A stretch of 64,000 bases of DNA from Ginglymostoma cirratum (taxonomy: Eukaryota): positions 5,675,806 to 5,739,805 of the forward strand of contig JAHRHZ010000053.1 in assembly GCA_024137785.1 (NCBI GenBank). The letters are read 5' to 3'. The stretch's first letter is position 1, and each line of letters opens with the position of its first letter. The notes beneath the pieces are model-generated. The model was given only the letters and a program-made list of their open reading frames with translations, was not told the origin of the DNA and made no database searches. Shown piece after piece: positions 1 through 13,199 of the stretch. The position numbers and the translations under genes were made by a program.

Positions 1-419
1 CCACAGGTTTTAAGGAGGTTCCTTCAACCAGGGTTAGAATTGTTTGTGGAACAGGATGTTCACATGTGTGGGAGTTGTGACTTGATCTGGAAGAACTGTA
101 AAAGTAACAGCTTGTCTGAAAGAATTTGATATGTTACAACTTGTTTACTTGGGGGATTTACTTGTTGAGTCATTGAGTTGCTTTCCTTGGGTGTTCCGCA
201 TCACAAATTCATGCTTGAAGGAAACTTAACTTACAGATAAGCCTGCAAAGCTTATCAAACTACAATAAATAATCAGATAATCTTTAATAGGATCCTGTGT
301 GAGTCAGTTGATTCCTCAACCACTTGGCATTTGAATGATTGTAGGATTCTATCACTGACAAAAATAAAGTTATCATTTTATTTTGTCATGCTTTAGCTAA
401 GATGTGAAACATTAATGAG

Positions 420-830
420 GCCACAGATAAGATTCACTAGAATGGATACAGGGATGAAGGTCATTGGAGAAGCTGGTTCTGTTCCCCTTAGAGAAGGGAA
501 TTTGGTAGAGAATGATTTGATACGGTAGTTCAAAATCATAAGGGATTTGGACAGAGACTTGGGAATAATAAAAGCAAATAATGCAGATGCTAGAAATCCG
601 AAGAAAAGATGTTCAGAAAGTACTGCAAAAACATGGCGGATCTGTGGAGAGAGGAGAAAAACAAAATTAATGTTTTGAGTCCAATATGATGTTCCTGAAA
701 AAAGTCACAAACTAGAGTCAAAATGTTAACTCTGTTTCTCTCTCCACAGATACTGGCATACCTGCTGGGATTCTCCAGCACTTTCTGCAGATAGAGATAA
801 ACTGTTCTCATTGGCAGAAAGCCGAGCTTG
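420..830 (+). mobile_element. Decayed CR1-type LINE 3' fragment, interrupted by a fold-back PLE-derived element
   Basis: Resembles CR1 ORF2 C-terminal DNA (gattcactagaatg...ttggagaagctgg...gatttgata...ttcaaaatcataaggg...ataaactgttctcattggcag). Boundaries approximate. Confidence 0.6.
575..790. mobile_element. Short fold-back PLE-derived element with degenerate hammerhead motif
   Basis: Inverted arms atctgtggagagaggagaaaaac / gtttctctctccacagat around ctgaaaaaagtcac...gtcaaaatgttaac. Same family as 60683-60928. Confidence 0.65.
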
Positions 831-1429
831 TGACAGAATAAGACTTGTATAAATCATAAAGATGTCACTGATCATTTGGCCCTGATACATGACATCACAT
901 TGTAAGAGACAAGATATTAAGCCAGAACAGGGTTTCCTAAAATTAAGGTTAGGGCTGTAAATGAGGTCACAAGCTGAAATTTACAGCCACCAGCTCCAAT
1001 GCACCAATATCCTCCAATGTGCTCTGATTGAGTTAGAACAGATACAGTCCTGCACTATCAGACAGGCTTCCACTGCCTAGCAGCGGCAGCAGCAGCACCC
1101 TCCAGCTTGCTCTCACAGAATTCCCTCCTCAGTCCTCATCAGTCTTTAATCCTCAGAATGGGGTCTGAGTGGGAAATAGTTTGGGACATGCTGGTCTAAA
1201 ATGAACATGTGAAGCGAGAACTCCCAGAAAATATACTAGAGAGCTGAATTCGGGACCTTACAATGTACAGGTGCAAATAAAATGCTGTTACTGCACATGA
1301 TTTGAAGAGCCTTACTTGGAGATAGTGACAAGCAACTTCAGGGACAGTGTGCTTGCAGGCACCCGCAGCTTAAGGTATTCCTGACCAGTATTTGAAGTAC
1401 AGGCAGCAGCATTAGATTGCATTCAAAAT

Positions 1430-1710
1430 GAAGCACAGAAGGAACGGATTTAAGGGAATTGAGATTGAAGTAAGGATGAAATGGCAAAAAACTATTTTTC
1501 AGCTAATGTTAATATTGTGGAATGTGTTGCCTAAAAGCAGGTTCAATCATGACATGCAAGAGTGGAATTGAATTACAGTATTATCTGAAAGAGATTATGC
1601 AGAAGTGAGGGGAGAAAGGTGAAATGAATTGCTTCTACAGACAACTAGGTGGGACATAGCGGGTCAAGAGACATCCTTCTGTGGAATGCCTATTTCATTA
1701 TTACATGACG
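1430..1710 (+). mobile_element. Old CR1 3' end fragment
   Basis: ggatttaagg...tgtggaatgtgttgcct...gcaggttcaat...tccttctgtg resembles other CR1 tails in this window. Confidence 0.5.
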
Positions 1711-1729
1711 TTATTAAGAATGAGACGAG

Positions 1730-2190
1730 AGTGAAATAACATCTCATCTGCTGTGTGGGGACCCTATAGCCCTCAGCATTTAATATCAAGTTCAATAATT
1801 TCAGATCTTGAACACCTCCTTCCAAGTTCTTTATCAGTGCCTTACACCCTAGGCCCTGTCATGGTATGGCTGCTTTTAGCATAGCCAACCCACTTTCACC
1901 TACTCTTTGTTCCCATTTTCTCCTTCCCTAGCTTAGAATGAATGATACTTTGGCTGCCTGAATTTCTTTCCGTTTCTCTGGGATGCATCTCCACCTATCC
2001 ATTCACTATCACCCCCAAGCCCACACCTCCTCCCCCAACCCTTCCCCAGTCTCCTCCAAAATTCCCACCCTCTATCATTGCCTTAAATACCAACCTTCCC
2101 TGGCTACCATCAGTTCTGAAATGGACTCGAAGTGTTAACTCTGCTTTCTCAGAACTGCTGAGTTTCTCCAGCAATTTCTGGTTTTGCGTA
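1730..2190 (+). mobile_element. Old PLE 3' fragment (end of GIY-YIG ORF, C-rich UTR, terminal repeat)
   Basis: catctcatctgctgtgtggggaccctatagccc...aatatcaagttcaataatttcaga reads HLI..GTL.P...NIKFNNFR, like 40550-40620. It is followed by a C-rich tract and gttctgaaatggactcgaagtgttaactctg...tttctccagcaatttctg. Confidence 0.55.
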
Positions 2191-3354
2191 AAATAACTGA
2201 TCTTATTTCATTCTACGTGATCGTGGATAATGGTGTTGACCAGTATGATATTTTTGAAGAATACCTGATTCAAAGCATTAACTCTGCTTCTCTCTCCACA
2301 AATGCTGTCAGACCTGTTGAAATGCTTCAGTATTTTCCTTTTTAAATTATAATACTAAGCTGTTTGTACAAAGTCTGGCAATTCTACGATTGTGGTCACT
2401 TTTCCAATGCACCAGACATGGTCATCACTGGCTAGGCCAGCTCTTGCTTCCCATTACTAATTTTTCTTGAGAAGATATTAAGCCCGTGCTGTTCTTGTGA
2501 TGCAGTAACATGCACAATGCTGTTTGGAAGGGAGTTCCAGGATTTTGATTTAGTGACAGCGAAGGAATGACAAATTCATGGCCAGAATATTTGCTCACCC
2601 AAAGGAAAACAACATGAATGACTCAGTAAGTAAATATCACAAGAAACAAATCATAAAGTATGAAACAATATGGTTCTAAGGCTAGAGGGGAGCTTGGAGG
2701 GGAAGTTGCATGTGGACGTGCTCCCATGGTGTTGAGTTGGATGTCCTCTGCTTGTTGTATGCAGGATATTTCTGGACATTTTTGATCACATTAAAAATAA
2801 GATTATAGGTTATCTTGTAATTAAGTGATAAATTGGAATTAAAGAATGAAGAAGGAATCTCAAGTTCAGTCATAACAAGAACAACAAATATTTTGAGCCA
2901 AATCTCTGAATCATGCACCTTGCAAGCATTTGGGCAATGGATCAGGATTAGCCACTTAACCTCTAGAGTGGGAGGCAATGACATGAGGACAGCATTAAAT
3001 TGTTAATTTAGAGTAGATGACAATTAGATAACCTGGATTTTCACCAAGACTGACAGCTTCCTTATTCTAGCAAAAATAATGGACAAGCCAGGAAATGACA
3101 AATTGCGATCTTGAATGCTACACAACACATTGTCATGGAAGCTGGAGTTAGGCATGGAACTGGATTTATCGATGTGTGGTTCACAGAGGTATTTAAATCA
3201 TCAGTTGCCTCTAATCAAGTGGGAATCTGGCAGCCTTGAAGTGAAAGCTTAAATGCAGAGATTATACCTGGTAAGAGCAGGTCTGAACTTTGTTGATTTC
3301 TTTGAATAGCCAATCTACCCCTTTAGAGCGGCTTCCTTATATAATTCTGATCCT

Positions 3355-3870
3355 GAGGTGTGGGCATCACTGGCTGGGAGACAATTCAGTATCCGTCCAT
3401 GATTGCTCTGGAGAAGATGATTTTGAGCTGCCTTTTTGAATTGCTTAGCTTGCAGGAGCTCAGTACATCCATAGTTAATTCCAGGATTTTGCCCTTACAA
3501 AACTGAAGAAACAGTGATTTATTTTTAAGTCAGGATGCTGAGTGCTTGGGAGGAAAACTTGCAAGTGGTGGTTTTCCCATGTATCTGCTGCCCTCTTCCT
3601 TCACTTGGTTGAGGATGTGGGTCTGGAAGGTGCTGTCAAAGGAGTCTTTGTGAGTTGTTGAAGTTCGTAGATGGTACATAGAAGTTCATAGATGGAGGAA
3701 CTGAAAGGTGAAAGGGCCAAAGAGAGTGCCAATTGAGTGGTTGCTTTGTCCTCAGCGATATTAAGCTTCTTGGGTGTTACTGAAGCTGCAGTCATTAAGG
3801 CAAGTGGACTGTCTTCCAGCACACTTCAGATTTGTGCCTTGTAAATGGTGAAGTGTCAACAGGGAACAGG
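3355..3870 (-). mobile_element. LINE/SINE 3'-tail repeat (related copies about 2420-2760, 31020-31260, 31350-31680, 38090-38450, 46110-46590)
   Basis: Recurrent gtgggcatcactggct...gagctgccttttttgaa...ccaggattttg...aagtcaggatgctg...acttgcaagtggtggttttcccatg. Family name not assigned. Confidence 0.6.
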
Positions 3871-4069
3871 AGACAATGTGATTTACTTACCAGAAAACCC
3901 TGAGGCGCTGACTTTCACTTTTGTAGCTGTAGTATTTGTATGGTTATTCCTGTTCAAATTATTTGGACGGTCATGAGGGGCCATGGGGTTTGGGTACAGG
4001 TGAGAACCATGGCATGAAAGGTATGAGGTGGAATTTGGTGTGAATGAGGGGCACATGTGGGGCATTGGG

Positions 4070-4151
4070 AGTGTGTGTATGCGTGCGTGTGCACGTGTGT
4101 AGGTCAGCGTATGTGTGTGTTTGTGTGTGTGAGAGAGAGAGAGAGAGAGAG
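4070..4151. repeat. Compound (GT)n/(GA)n microsatellite
   Basis: Directly visible. Confidence 0.9.
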
Positions 4152-6054
4152 CCAGATAGGGGTAGCATAAGGTGGTATTGGAGGTCCAGATTGACACCTT
4201 GAATGATGATTCCAGCTTTAGCCTTTACTTTTAAATGTCAGATACAGTTTCAAATCCTCCTCGTGGGCCTTTGGCTAGACAGCTACAGTCGCCAGTGACC
4301 TCCTCAATTCTTCTGGGGTCATTTGTTTAAACTTCTAATCCAAGTCATTCTCTGCCATCCCCACTTACAACTCCCCCCAAACCCCTCCCTGTACCCCACC
4401 ACCAAACCTTCTTACCCCCACAACAGATTAAAAATACTACGTAGGGGAGCCATTATGAAAATTCAGCTTTGTTGAGCCAAGAAATTCTCCTGTCTCAGTA
4501 AGCAAAACTCTAGGCCTTTGTTTTCGCCTGAAGCCTGCTAGTGTTACACTCTAATGAAATTCCTAAATAGAAGTAGTCATTGATAAACTCATATCGCAAT
4601 AACCTCCATTTTGCCCTTTAACTGATCTTATTGGACGATATGTCAAAGGATTATGGAAGAAGCTACTAGTTATAACATTTCACCCAGAAGCCTATTTTGA
4701 TGGTGAACTGTGTTGCTTTTGATCAGACATATTCCTGGGCTTCCATAAAGGTCATTTTAATGCAATTGATCTCGTCATTACTGAATCATGGTAAATGTCA
4801 CTAAAGGTTAGTTGTTGCTACACCACAAGACTAAAATTGATTTTGATCCATTGTTTATAAGTTATTTCAAGTTGTTAGTCTGATATCTTTTCTCATATCT
4901 TGTTTTTGCAACCTAGGATGATTGAATTTTAATATCAGCTGGATGTGCACCGTAGAAGCATTAGTGTCATTTTTTTGTTCAAAGAGCGTGGCATTTCATT
5001 TGGAGGCATTCATCACATTCCCATGTTCAATATTCAGAAACGAAGAAATTAAAATAATACCCAGGTAGAGGAGGAAGGATCACATTTCAAGAGAAATTGA
5101 AATTATAAATAGTTATGATCATATTAATTCAGGATTCATAAAACAGTGCACTGTGCTCATTATGAAGTTAAAATTAAGTTCACACTACCACAATACCTTC
5201 AAGTACATTCAAATGTAATAGCCTGGTAATTATTTATTTGTAAATGTAAACCTTGGTTTGTGTCCAGACTCTGATTTACATAACAACATCTTACTATTGA
5301 CCCTGATTTTAAGTTTGAGATACTCTGGAAGCTGGTTTGGTGGGGGTTACCCTCTTGTGCAATTTTAAACTCAATCACCTCATTATCACTTTAGTTACTT
5401 GAGAGATTGGGTTGAATTATTTTACAACCTCATCGTGAAGTAGGGGTACCTGTATGTTCAGCGTCCTCTACTTCGGACTTCACTTCCTCGGTCAGTTTTT
5501 AGTCTCTTCCTCTCACTTCTACCCCAATGAGCAATTTGTGACCAAGGTCTCACAATCCTCAAAGCCCACAACTGTCTGGGAAGCAATGCTATGGAGAGCA
5601 CAGCAGACCACCACAAAGTCAGAGAGCCTTGAAAAATGTCATTGTAGTATAATCTCCATGTTTAATGATTACCTCTAAACTGGTGACATTGGTTGTATCA
5701 CCTCTGTCTGATATTTCGGTAGAGGTATCAGAGTCCAACCCCTCAAATCATTTCTTGCCCTTTTGGATCCATTCACACATATTTTGAATTGGAATGAAGA
5801 TTTTAGGCCATACGTAATGGAGGATGAAACAATAATGGCAGCTGGCAGGAACGTAAGCACACTTACACATGGAAGAAGCTTTTACTGAGGCCACAGACCA
5901 GTTGGACATTGGGGGAATGAAGGTCTTTCTTGATCATTTATTTCACTGGACGGTTACCGGGTCCTTTGGTGAGCTATATTGATGCAATCAATGATGCTCG
6001 TATCTGACAGAATCCAGCAATGGAAGTAGCCCAAAAAGTACTTGGCCTGTGCAC

Positions 6055-6337
6055 AGGTATAGGATACCAATTTTGGACTGAGATGAGGAGAAATATCTTC
6101 ACCCAAGGAGTTGCGAGCCTGTGAAGCTTTCTGCCACTGAAAGCAGATGAGACCAAACATTGAATGATTTCAATATGGAGATTCATATAGTCCTTAGGGC
6201 TAAAGAGATCAAAGGGTACAGGGAGAAAAAGGGAACAGTGTGCTGAGTTGCATGATTGACTGTGATCATTTGAATGGTGGAGTGGATTCAAAAGGCCAAA
6301 TGACCTACTCCTGCTCCTATTTTCTATGTTTCTGTGT
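6055..6337 (+). mobile_element. CR1 3' end with tail
   Basis: actgagatgaggagaaatatcttcacccaagg (TEMRRNIFTQ) ... cctactcctgctcctattttctatgtttct. Confidence 0.8.
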
Positions 6338-7114
6338 CAAGTGTGGCATTAGAGAAATACATTGTCTATCTCTGACAAAGAGAGAGCAAAGAGAGTATCA
6401 GTGACCTGCGAATTCCAGTGGTGTTCAGCTGCTTATAAGATCTCAAAAAAAAATCAACCATCATAATGCCATTGAAAGGGATGACGGTTAGACTTTCTCT
6501 TGTTGGAGATGTTCATTGGCTGGCCCTTGGGTGTTACAAATGGACAAGCCTGGATGTTGTTGAGGTCTGCTTCAGTGAGGTGTTGAGGATAATGCTAACC
6601 ATTTTCCAATCATCAGTGAACCTCCCCACTCTGACTTTTTGATGGGAGGTTGCCCAGAGGAAATGAGACCAGATTCCTCCCAACATGTGCCTGCTTATCT
6701 GTTCTGAAACTACTAGCTTGGCTGTCTGTCAGCCCCTTTTAATGTACAGGTTTTCCTTTTTCTAAAGATCAAAATGTCTTTTTTTTAAGAAATAAAGTCA
6801 GTCATAACTGGGATGAGATTGAGATTCCTGTCCTGCACATCTCTTACACTAGGAAGTATTGATTGCCAAAACTGCGCTGTTGGTTTGAACTTCCTCAACT
6901 ACTCAAGTCCCAGCCGAACTCCTCATTCACTTGCCTGGCATTTTATCCCTTATCCCCTAACCATAGCACCACACCCACCTGGCACACTACCCTCTTGTCA
7001 ATCCACCTGCTGTCCTACTCACTCTCCCAGCAAGCTAACACTCTTACCTTCTCTTAATAGCTGAGAGAGTGGCTTTGAGATCTTTGAACAGTTTATTTAC
7101 CGAATACAAGCAAT

Positions 7115-7355
7115 GTACGGTGGATGCTGGAAATCTTAAGTAAACATACAGAACACTGGAGGAATTCAGCAGGCCTGGCAGCATCTGTGAAAGGAGAAAT
7201 AGCGAATTAACATTTCGAGTCCAGTGACCATTCGACAGAACTTTGCCAGTATTGAAGTGTTAACTCTACTTTTCTCTCTAGAGATGCTGCCAGAAATGCT
7301 GGAGTTTCTCCATGACTTTCGATCTTACTTTTTTTCGGATGTCCAGCATCCACTG
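7115..7355. mobile_element. Fold-back PLE-derived element with degenerate minus-strand hammerhead
   Basis: Arms ggatgctggaaatc...ctggcagcatctg / agatgctgccag...tccagcatcc. The minus strand reads agttctgtcgaatggtcactggactcgaaatgttaa. Confidence 0.7.
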
Positions 7356-7775
7356 CTCATTTTTTTTTGGTGAACTGATGCCCAGTTGGTCCCAGTTTAT
7401 TTAACAATTATCAAATAGCACTCGGGTGAATGGAGAGATACCTTAATTACACTAGAAAAAATAATCTGAAGACAAGTTTTGTTAGATTGAGTTTGCCCGA
7501 ATTGGAAAAAAATCCAAAGATTCTATTAGTGTTTAACAATTTTGTTACACATGGTTTCAGCTGGTTTTGTTGTAATATAAGGAACTCTCTAGACACTTAA
7601 CTGCTGTTTACGTCTTTTTGAATCAATTCTGCTAAATGCTTTGTCAATTCTTTGTTTACAGGCTGAATTACAAATATAGCTAATGCAAAAATAAGTTAAA
7701 TTTAATCAAAAAATCAAAATTAGTGCATTGATTAGCATAGGACATTGGCATCTTGAAATGTTTCTCATTATTGGT

Positions 7776-7870
7776 GTTCTGATGAAAGATTGCAGGCCTG
7801 AAATGGTAACTGTTTCTTTGTCTGCAATTGCTACCAGGCCTGCTGAGTATTTGTAGCATTTTTTTCTGCT
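7776..7870 (+). mobile_element. Solo PLE terminal-repeat fragment with hammerhead boxes
   Basis: gttCTGATGA aagattgcaggcct GAAA tggtaac (boxes 7779-7785 and 7800-7803), then gctaccaggcctgctgagtattt. Confidence 0.6.
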
Positions 7871-9011
7871 CTGATCTAATTAATTCCTTCCCAGAAATAA
7901 AGGACACAAAAATGATGCCACTGATAGACCTCAAAAAAACTGATCACCAGCTGCAAAATCAACTGGCGCAGCTTCACAACTCAAAAAGATTGTGCCATAA
8001 GGACCATTGTGGGTAATCTCCTTAACAAGGAATGCTTTTTCCAACTTACTGAATAAAGTACCTTATTTTACTTAGGATTTAAGTTTTATTTCTGTCTGAG
8101 GGTCACATTGTACCATTCAGTTTGCTTTCCTGCAAAACCGCAATCCAATGGGCACACATGATGTACAAAATGTAACAGAATGGTCGTAAAGACATCATTT
8201 TCCATCAGGTTCGACACGTGTATCTGTGACTCAGAATTCAGCTCTCAAGCTTGCTTCTCATGTCCACAGTCAATGACAATCCCTAACACTTTGTCCCTCT
8301 TTAATTTATGTCATGGCAAACATTTCTCCCTCAAAACAAAAACACTATGACGAACGAAACATGTGTTGGTGTTTTCCTGCACAAGGAAGTGTTCATTGTA
8401 AAATGCACTGAAACACTGTAAATACTTGGGAAGCTCATGTATAAATTTAAAGGGCTTTATTTTCACTGCCATCCTCCACTGGCACATTTGAAGGTAAGGG
8501 CAGCGCAGAAACGGTGATTAACACACTGTCTTTTCACCAATCCCCAGGATATTCTCGACATGGCATCAGCCAGTTCATTCACCCTTCATCTCTTGAAGCT
8601 CTTAAGTTACCAAATAAATGCAATTAATGCTGCTACCATAATATGGTATGCAGGGGAAAGTAAAAGAAAAGTGGCCATCCCTCTATGTTATCAACTAAAA
8701 GACAGAAAGGGAACAGGATAATTTCATTCGGACAGCAGGGACATTTCATGTGCCAATCTGAGTCATGTGCCCAAATGTTAACGCAATGACTTAGAACCAT
8801 AGAAACACTAAAGTGTGGAAGCGGGCCGCTTAGCACATTGAGTCCATACCAAGCCTCCGAAGAGCAGACAACCCAGATCTAACCCGGTCCAACTCTATTC
8901 CTGTAGCCCATTCCCTGCTGGCTTTGTTAGTCCCTCTTTAACCTTTCAGAGTCTTCCTTGATCAAAAATACTGGACTGCAGGTTCTTCTGCTTGTTCAGT
9001 TGGGCCAAGTG

Positions 9012-9262
9012 GGTGGCATTGTGGCTCCCAGCAATGCCATCCTCAGGTGACTGTCTGCATGGAGTCTGCACATTCTGCCCATGACTGTGCTCCGATTTCT
9101 TCCCACAGTCCAGAGATATGTCGGTTGGGTGGACAGGCCATGGGAAATGCAGGGCTACAGGAATAGAGTTGGGGCAGGTTGGATCAGGGTGGGATGCTCT
9201 TCGGAGGGTTGGAATGGACTCAATGGGCTAAGTGGCCTGCTTCCACACTGTAGTGATTCTAT
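9012..9262 (+). mobile_element. Degenerate HE1/V-SINE-type SINE (partial minus-strand copy also at about 8793-8910)
   Basis: gactgtctgcatggagtctgcacattct...tcccacagtccagagatatg...ttccacactgtagtgattctatg. Confidence 0.75.
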
Positions 9263-9533
9263 GGTTTTAAGTCATTGTCATTCCTCTATTTATGTCTATC
9301 AGGGTACTATGCAGTCTTTGTACATTGGTAAATATCCTCATATGTTGTTTTCTATAGTGAAGGATACAAATATCAGCTGATATGAATGAAAAATGTGGTA
9401 GTTATGTGTATAAAGATGAGTAAGAACATTTCTACACAATAAGTAATCAGCTTGATAAATTTAACCTGCTGTCATCTAAGTGATTTTTTTAATATCCTAA
9501 ACTAAAATCTGAAGCACAACCGTAATATTTTAA

Positions 9534-10031
9534 AGATAACAAGNNNNNNNNNNNNNNNNNNNNNNNNNNNNNNNNNNNNNNNNNNNNNNNNNNNNNNNNN
9601 NNNNNNNNNNNNNNNNNNNNNNNNNNNNNNNNNNNNNNNNNNNNNNNNNNNNNNNNNNNNNNNNNNNNNNNNNNNNNNNNNNNNNNNNNNNNNNNNNNNN
9701 NNNNNNNNNNNNNNNNNNNNNNNNNNNNNNNNNNNNNNNNNNNNNNNNNNNNNNNNNNNNNNNNNNNNNNNNNNNNNNNNNNNNNNNNNNNNNNNNNNNN
9801 NNNNNNNNNNNNNNNNNNNNNNNNNNNNNNNNNNNNNNNNNNNNNNNNNNNNNNNNNNNNNNNNNNNNNNNNNNNNNNNNNNNNNNNNNNNNNNNNNNNN
9901 NNNNNNNNNNNNNNNNNNNNNNNNNNNNNNNNNNNNNNNNNNNATGATGCTGCTTGGCCTGCTGTGTTCATCCAGCTCCACACCTTGTTATCTCGGATTT
10001 CCAGCATCTGCAGTACCTATTATCTCTATAT
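9534..10031 (+). mobile_element. Fold-back PLE-derived element spanning the assembly gap
   Basis: ccgtaatattttaaag is repeated at 9520-9535 and 10032-10047. The left end agataacaag is the reverse complement of cttgttatct in the right end. Confidence 0.8.
9544..9943. other. Assembly gap (400 N)
   Basis: Run of N. Confidence 1.
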
Positions 10032-10309
10032 CCGTAATATTTTAAAGTCTTCTTAACTTCCATTGAAGCAATGACTGGAAATTTACAAGGCCTGGGAAGG
10101 CATCTTTGGAAGTGGGAATTTGTGGAAGTTGTGTAGATGTTGTATGGTGGGTCAGCTCCCTGATGTGCTCCTGCTTCCGAGTGCTTTGCCTGGAGTGGAG
10201 TCAGTGTATTCGGATGTTCTGTCTGATAACGCAGAAAGTGAATGAAAATAGGAAATAAAGTGTCATTCTGTGACTGAATCATTTATAGAAGCATAGGTTC
10301 ATAGTGTCA

Positions 10310-11850
10310 TCGAGATTCATGTCAGAGAAAAAGGCCTTTCAGCCCTCTGAGCCTGTGCTAATAAAAGAAACAACTACTTGATTATTCAAATCCCATTTTC
10401 CAGCACTTGGCCCATGGACCTATGCTTTGGCACCACAAGTGAAATCGTAATATCCCTTAAATACCATGAGGGTTCCTGCCTTGACCACCATTCCAGGCAG
10501 TGAGTTCCAGATCCCCACCACCTTCTGAGTGAAAAGGTTTTTTCTCACATCTCCTCTAAACTTTCTGCTCCTTACCTTGAATCCGTGCCCTCTGTTAATT
10601 GAACCCTCCGTCAAGGTGAAACATTTCTCCTTACCTACTTTATCAATGCTCCTCATAATTTTGTACATCTCAATCATGTCTCCCCTCAATTTCCATTGCA
10701 CTAAGGAAAACAAACCTAGTCTGTCCAATTTCTCTTCATAACTAAAACTCTCCAGCCCAGGCAATACTCCCTTAAATCTCCTGTGCACCCTCTCCAGTTC
10801 CATCACATCCTCCTATAATGTGGATTCCAGAATACACTAGCTGTGGCCTAACCAAAGTCACATATAGTTCCAGCATAACTTCCTTGCTCTTAAACTCTGT
10901 GCCTTGACTAATAAAGGCAAGTATACCACATGAGATAGTAGGAACTGCTGATGCTGGAGTCTGAGATAACAAGGTGAAAAGCTGGATGAACACAGCAGGC
11001 CAGACAGCGTCAGAGGAGCAGGAAAGCTGATGTTTCAGGTCTGGACCCTTCTTCGGAAATGGAGGAGGGGAAGAGGGCTCTGAAATAAACAGAGAGAGGG
11101 AGGGCGATGATAGAAGGTGGATAGAGGAACAGATACTTGCAGAGAAGATGGACAGGTCAAGGAGGCAGGAATGAAGCCAGTACAGGTGAGTGTAGGTAAG
11201 GAGTTGGGATGGGGGCCGGTCAATGAGGAGGAAGGGGCAGGTAGGTGGAGGGAAGACGGGCAGGTCAAGGAGGCAGGGACGAGATGGGTTGGTCTTGGGA
11301 TGAAATCGGGGGTGGGGAGATTTTGAAGCTTGTAAATTCCACCTTCCCCTCCCCCATTTCTGAAGAAGGGTCCAGACCCAAAACATCAGCTTTCCTGCTC
11401 CTCTGCTGCTGCCTGGCCTGTTATGCTCCTCCAGCTCTACAGCTTGTTATCTAAGTATACCACATGCCTTTTTAATCACTTTGTCAACCTGTCCTGACAC
11501 CTTACATGTGTACATGATGTTGACATGCATATCGTGGTCTCTCTGACTCAGTGCTTCCCAGGGTCTTACCACTTATCAAAAATTTATTTGCCTTATTTGT
11601 TCTAACAAAGTGTATCACTATATCTAGATTAAATTCCATTTGCCACTGATCAGCCCATCTGATCAGTCGGCCATTATCCTCCCGTAGTCTAAGTCTACTC
11701 TGTTCATAGTTTCCCACCTCATCAATTTTTGTATCATCTGTGAAGTTATTGATCAATCCTCCTACATTCACATCTAAATTATTTACAAAAACTACAAACA
11801 GCAAGGGCCGCAGCAGTGTTTCCTGAAGAATCCCACCGGACGCAGACATA
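10310..11850 (-). mobile_element. CR1 LINE, 5'-truncated (RT C-terminal half and 3' tail), interrupted at 10933-11452
   Basis: ORFs 11502-11849 (PLLFVVFVNNLD..FTDDTKI..WQMEFN) and 10420-10806 (LERVHRRF..RGHGFKV..FTQKVVGIWNSLP). Confidence 0.9.
10933..11452 (-). mobile_element. Non-coding PLE 3' end plus inverted terminal repeat, two hammerhead motifs on opposite strands, 14-bp TSD
   Basis: TSD aagtataccacatg at 10919-10932 and 11453-11466. 10933-11340 matches the reverse complement of about 40608-41040. 11342-11452 is the inverted copy. Confidence 0.9.
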
Positions 11851-13078
11851 CTGACCTTGCTGTTGTGAATTCATGAAGGAGATATACCCCACTTCAAGGA
11901 GACTGATTGATATTTTAGCTCATGCTTGCTTTACATCAATGTAAAATCAATACTTTCTTTAAGACGTACACTGTCATAAATAATAACAAGGGGCTTTTTT
12001 AACATTACTATATGCAGAGGATGGTAAAAGACACCATCTTACTTGTAGCTGTAGAGTCTGAGGCTCTATATATACAAAATAGCTCAGCTTAAGGATACAA
12101 CTCCCTTTTTTCTACACTTGTTGAACAGGAAATATGACACCGTGACCTTGCTTCCACCCCCTTGCAACACCAGGCATCTGCCGTAGGATGAAGGTGGACA
12201 GTTCCCTTCTTCACAGGCCAAATGAATGGATGCAGGGATACTGTCATTTGAAAGTCACTTCTTATTAGTTCAACGCTGAGAATATCCTGTCCTGCCACTT
12301 ACTGTTCTGGGTTCTTCACTAGGAATTTATCTGGACATTGGGCTAATAGTGTCAAATTTCAACTAGGAGAACAAAACAAGGCAATGCTATTTCGTGTCCA
12401 TTCTAACATTGCAGTAGATCAAACGCCAGCATGATACATGAAGTTTACACCATCCACTCTTTATTTTGGTCAAATAGAACATCAGCAATAGTCCTTGTTT
12501 TTGAAATTGATTCTTGAGTTGATGCACGTTTGCAGTTATGTAATGCTTTCAAAAATATGCATTAATTTAGAAAAATTGTGCGCATTGACAAATTTGAATG
12601 TATTGTGTTTTTGTGCGTGAATTAAGCGAAGAAGAAATTACTACGTACTTCTGAATTAGTTTGGAATGAATTCATGGTTGAGTTGGCACTAAAGTTATTT
12701 TGAAATGATGTTGTGATTTCTTTTCACGTGATCAAAACAAATGTTATATTTCAGAGAAAATGTTAGAAACCATTATTAAAGATTTATAATAGGATATTTG
12801 GATAAATTCAAGGTAGTCAGGCACAACCAACATGTTTTTTTTTCCAACAAGAAATAATTTATTGGAGTCCTTTGACAAAGTAACTTGTGCTATTAATAAA
12901 GGGGAACCAATAGATGCATTCTATTGAGGTTTGCAGAAAATTATTCAAAAAGATACCACATCAAAAATTATTGAGGAAAATAAACACTCACAATGTGTTG
13001 GGGGGGGTCTAGTTTTGACAATATAGGTTTTGGTCGAACATTAACTGGCTAACAGGAAACAGACAGTTGGAATAAATA

Positions 13079-13199
13079 AGTTCTGAAGAAGGGGTCCCAA
13101 CTCAAAACATCAGCTTTCCTGTTCCTCTGGTGCTGCCTGACCTACTGGGTTCCTCCAGCTCCACACTTTGACTCCAGCGTCTGCAGTTCTTGCTATCTA
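13079..13199 (+). mobile_element. Solo 121-bp hammerhead-bearing PLE terminal repeat with TSD
   Basis: agttCTGAAGAaggggtcccaactcAAAAcatcagcttt..., flanked by agttggaataaata (13065-13078) and agtaggaataaata (13200-13213). Confidence 0.8.

Noticed and set aside
9489-10007. ORFs of 159 and 172 aa
   Set aside because: Artefacts of reading through Ns.
10772-11386. 204-aa minus-strand ORF
   Set aside because: Chimeric read-through of the non-coding PLE insert into CR1 ORF2.
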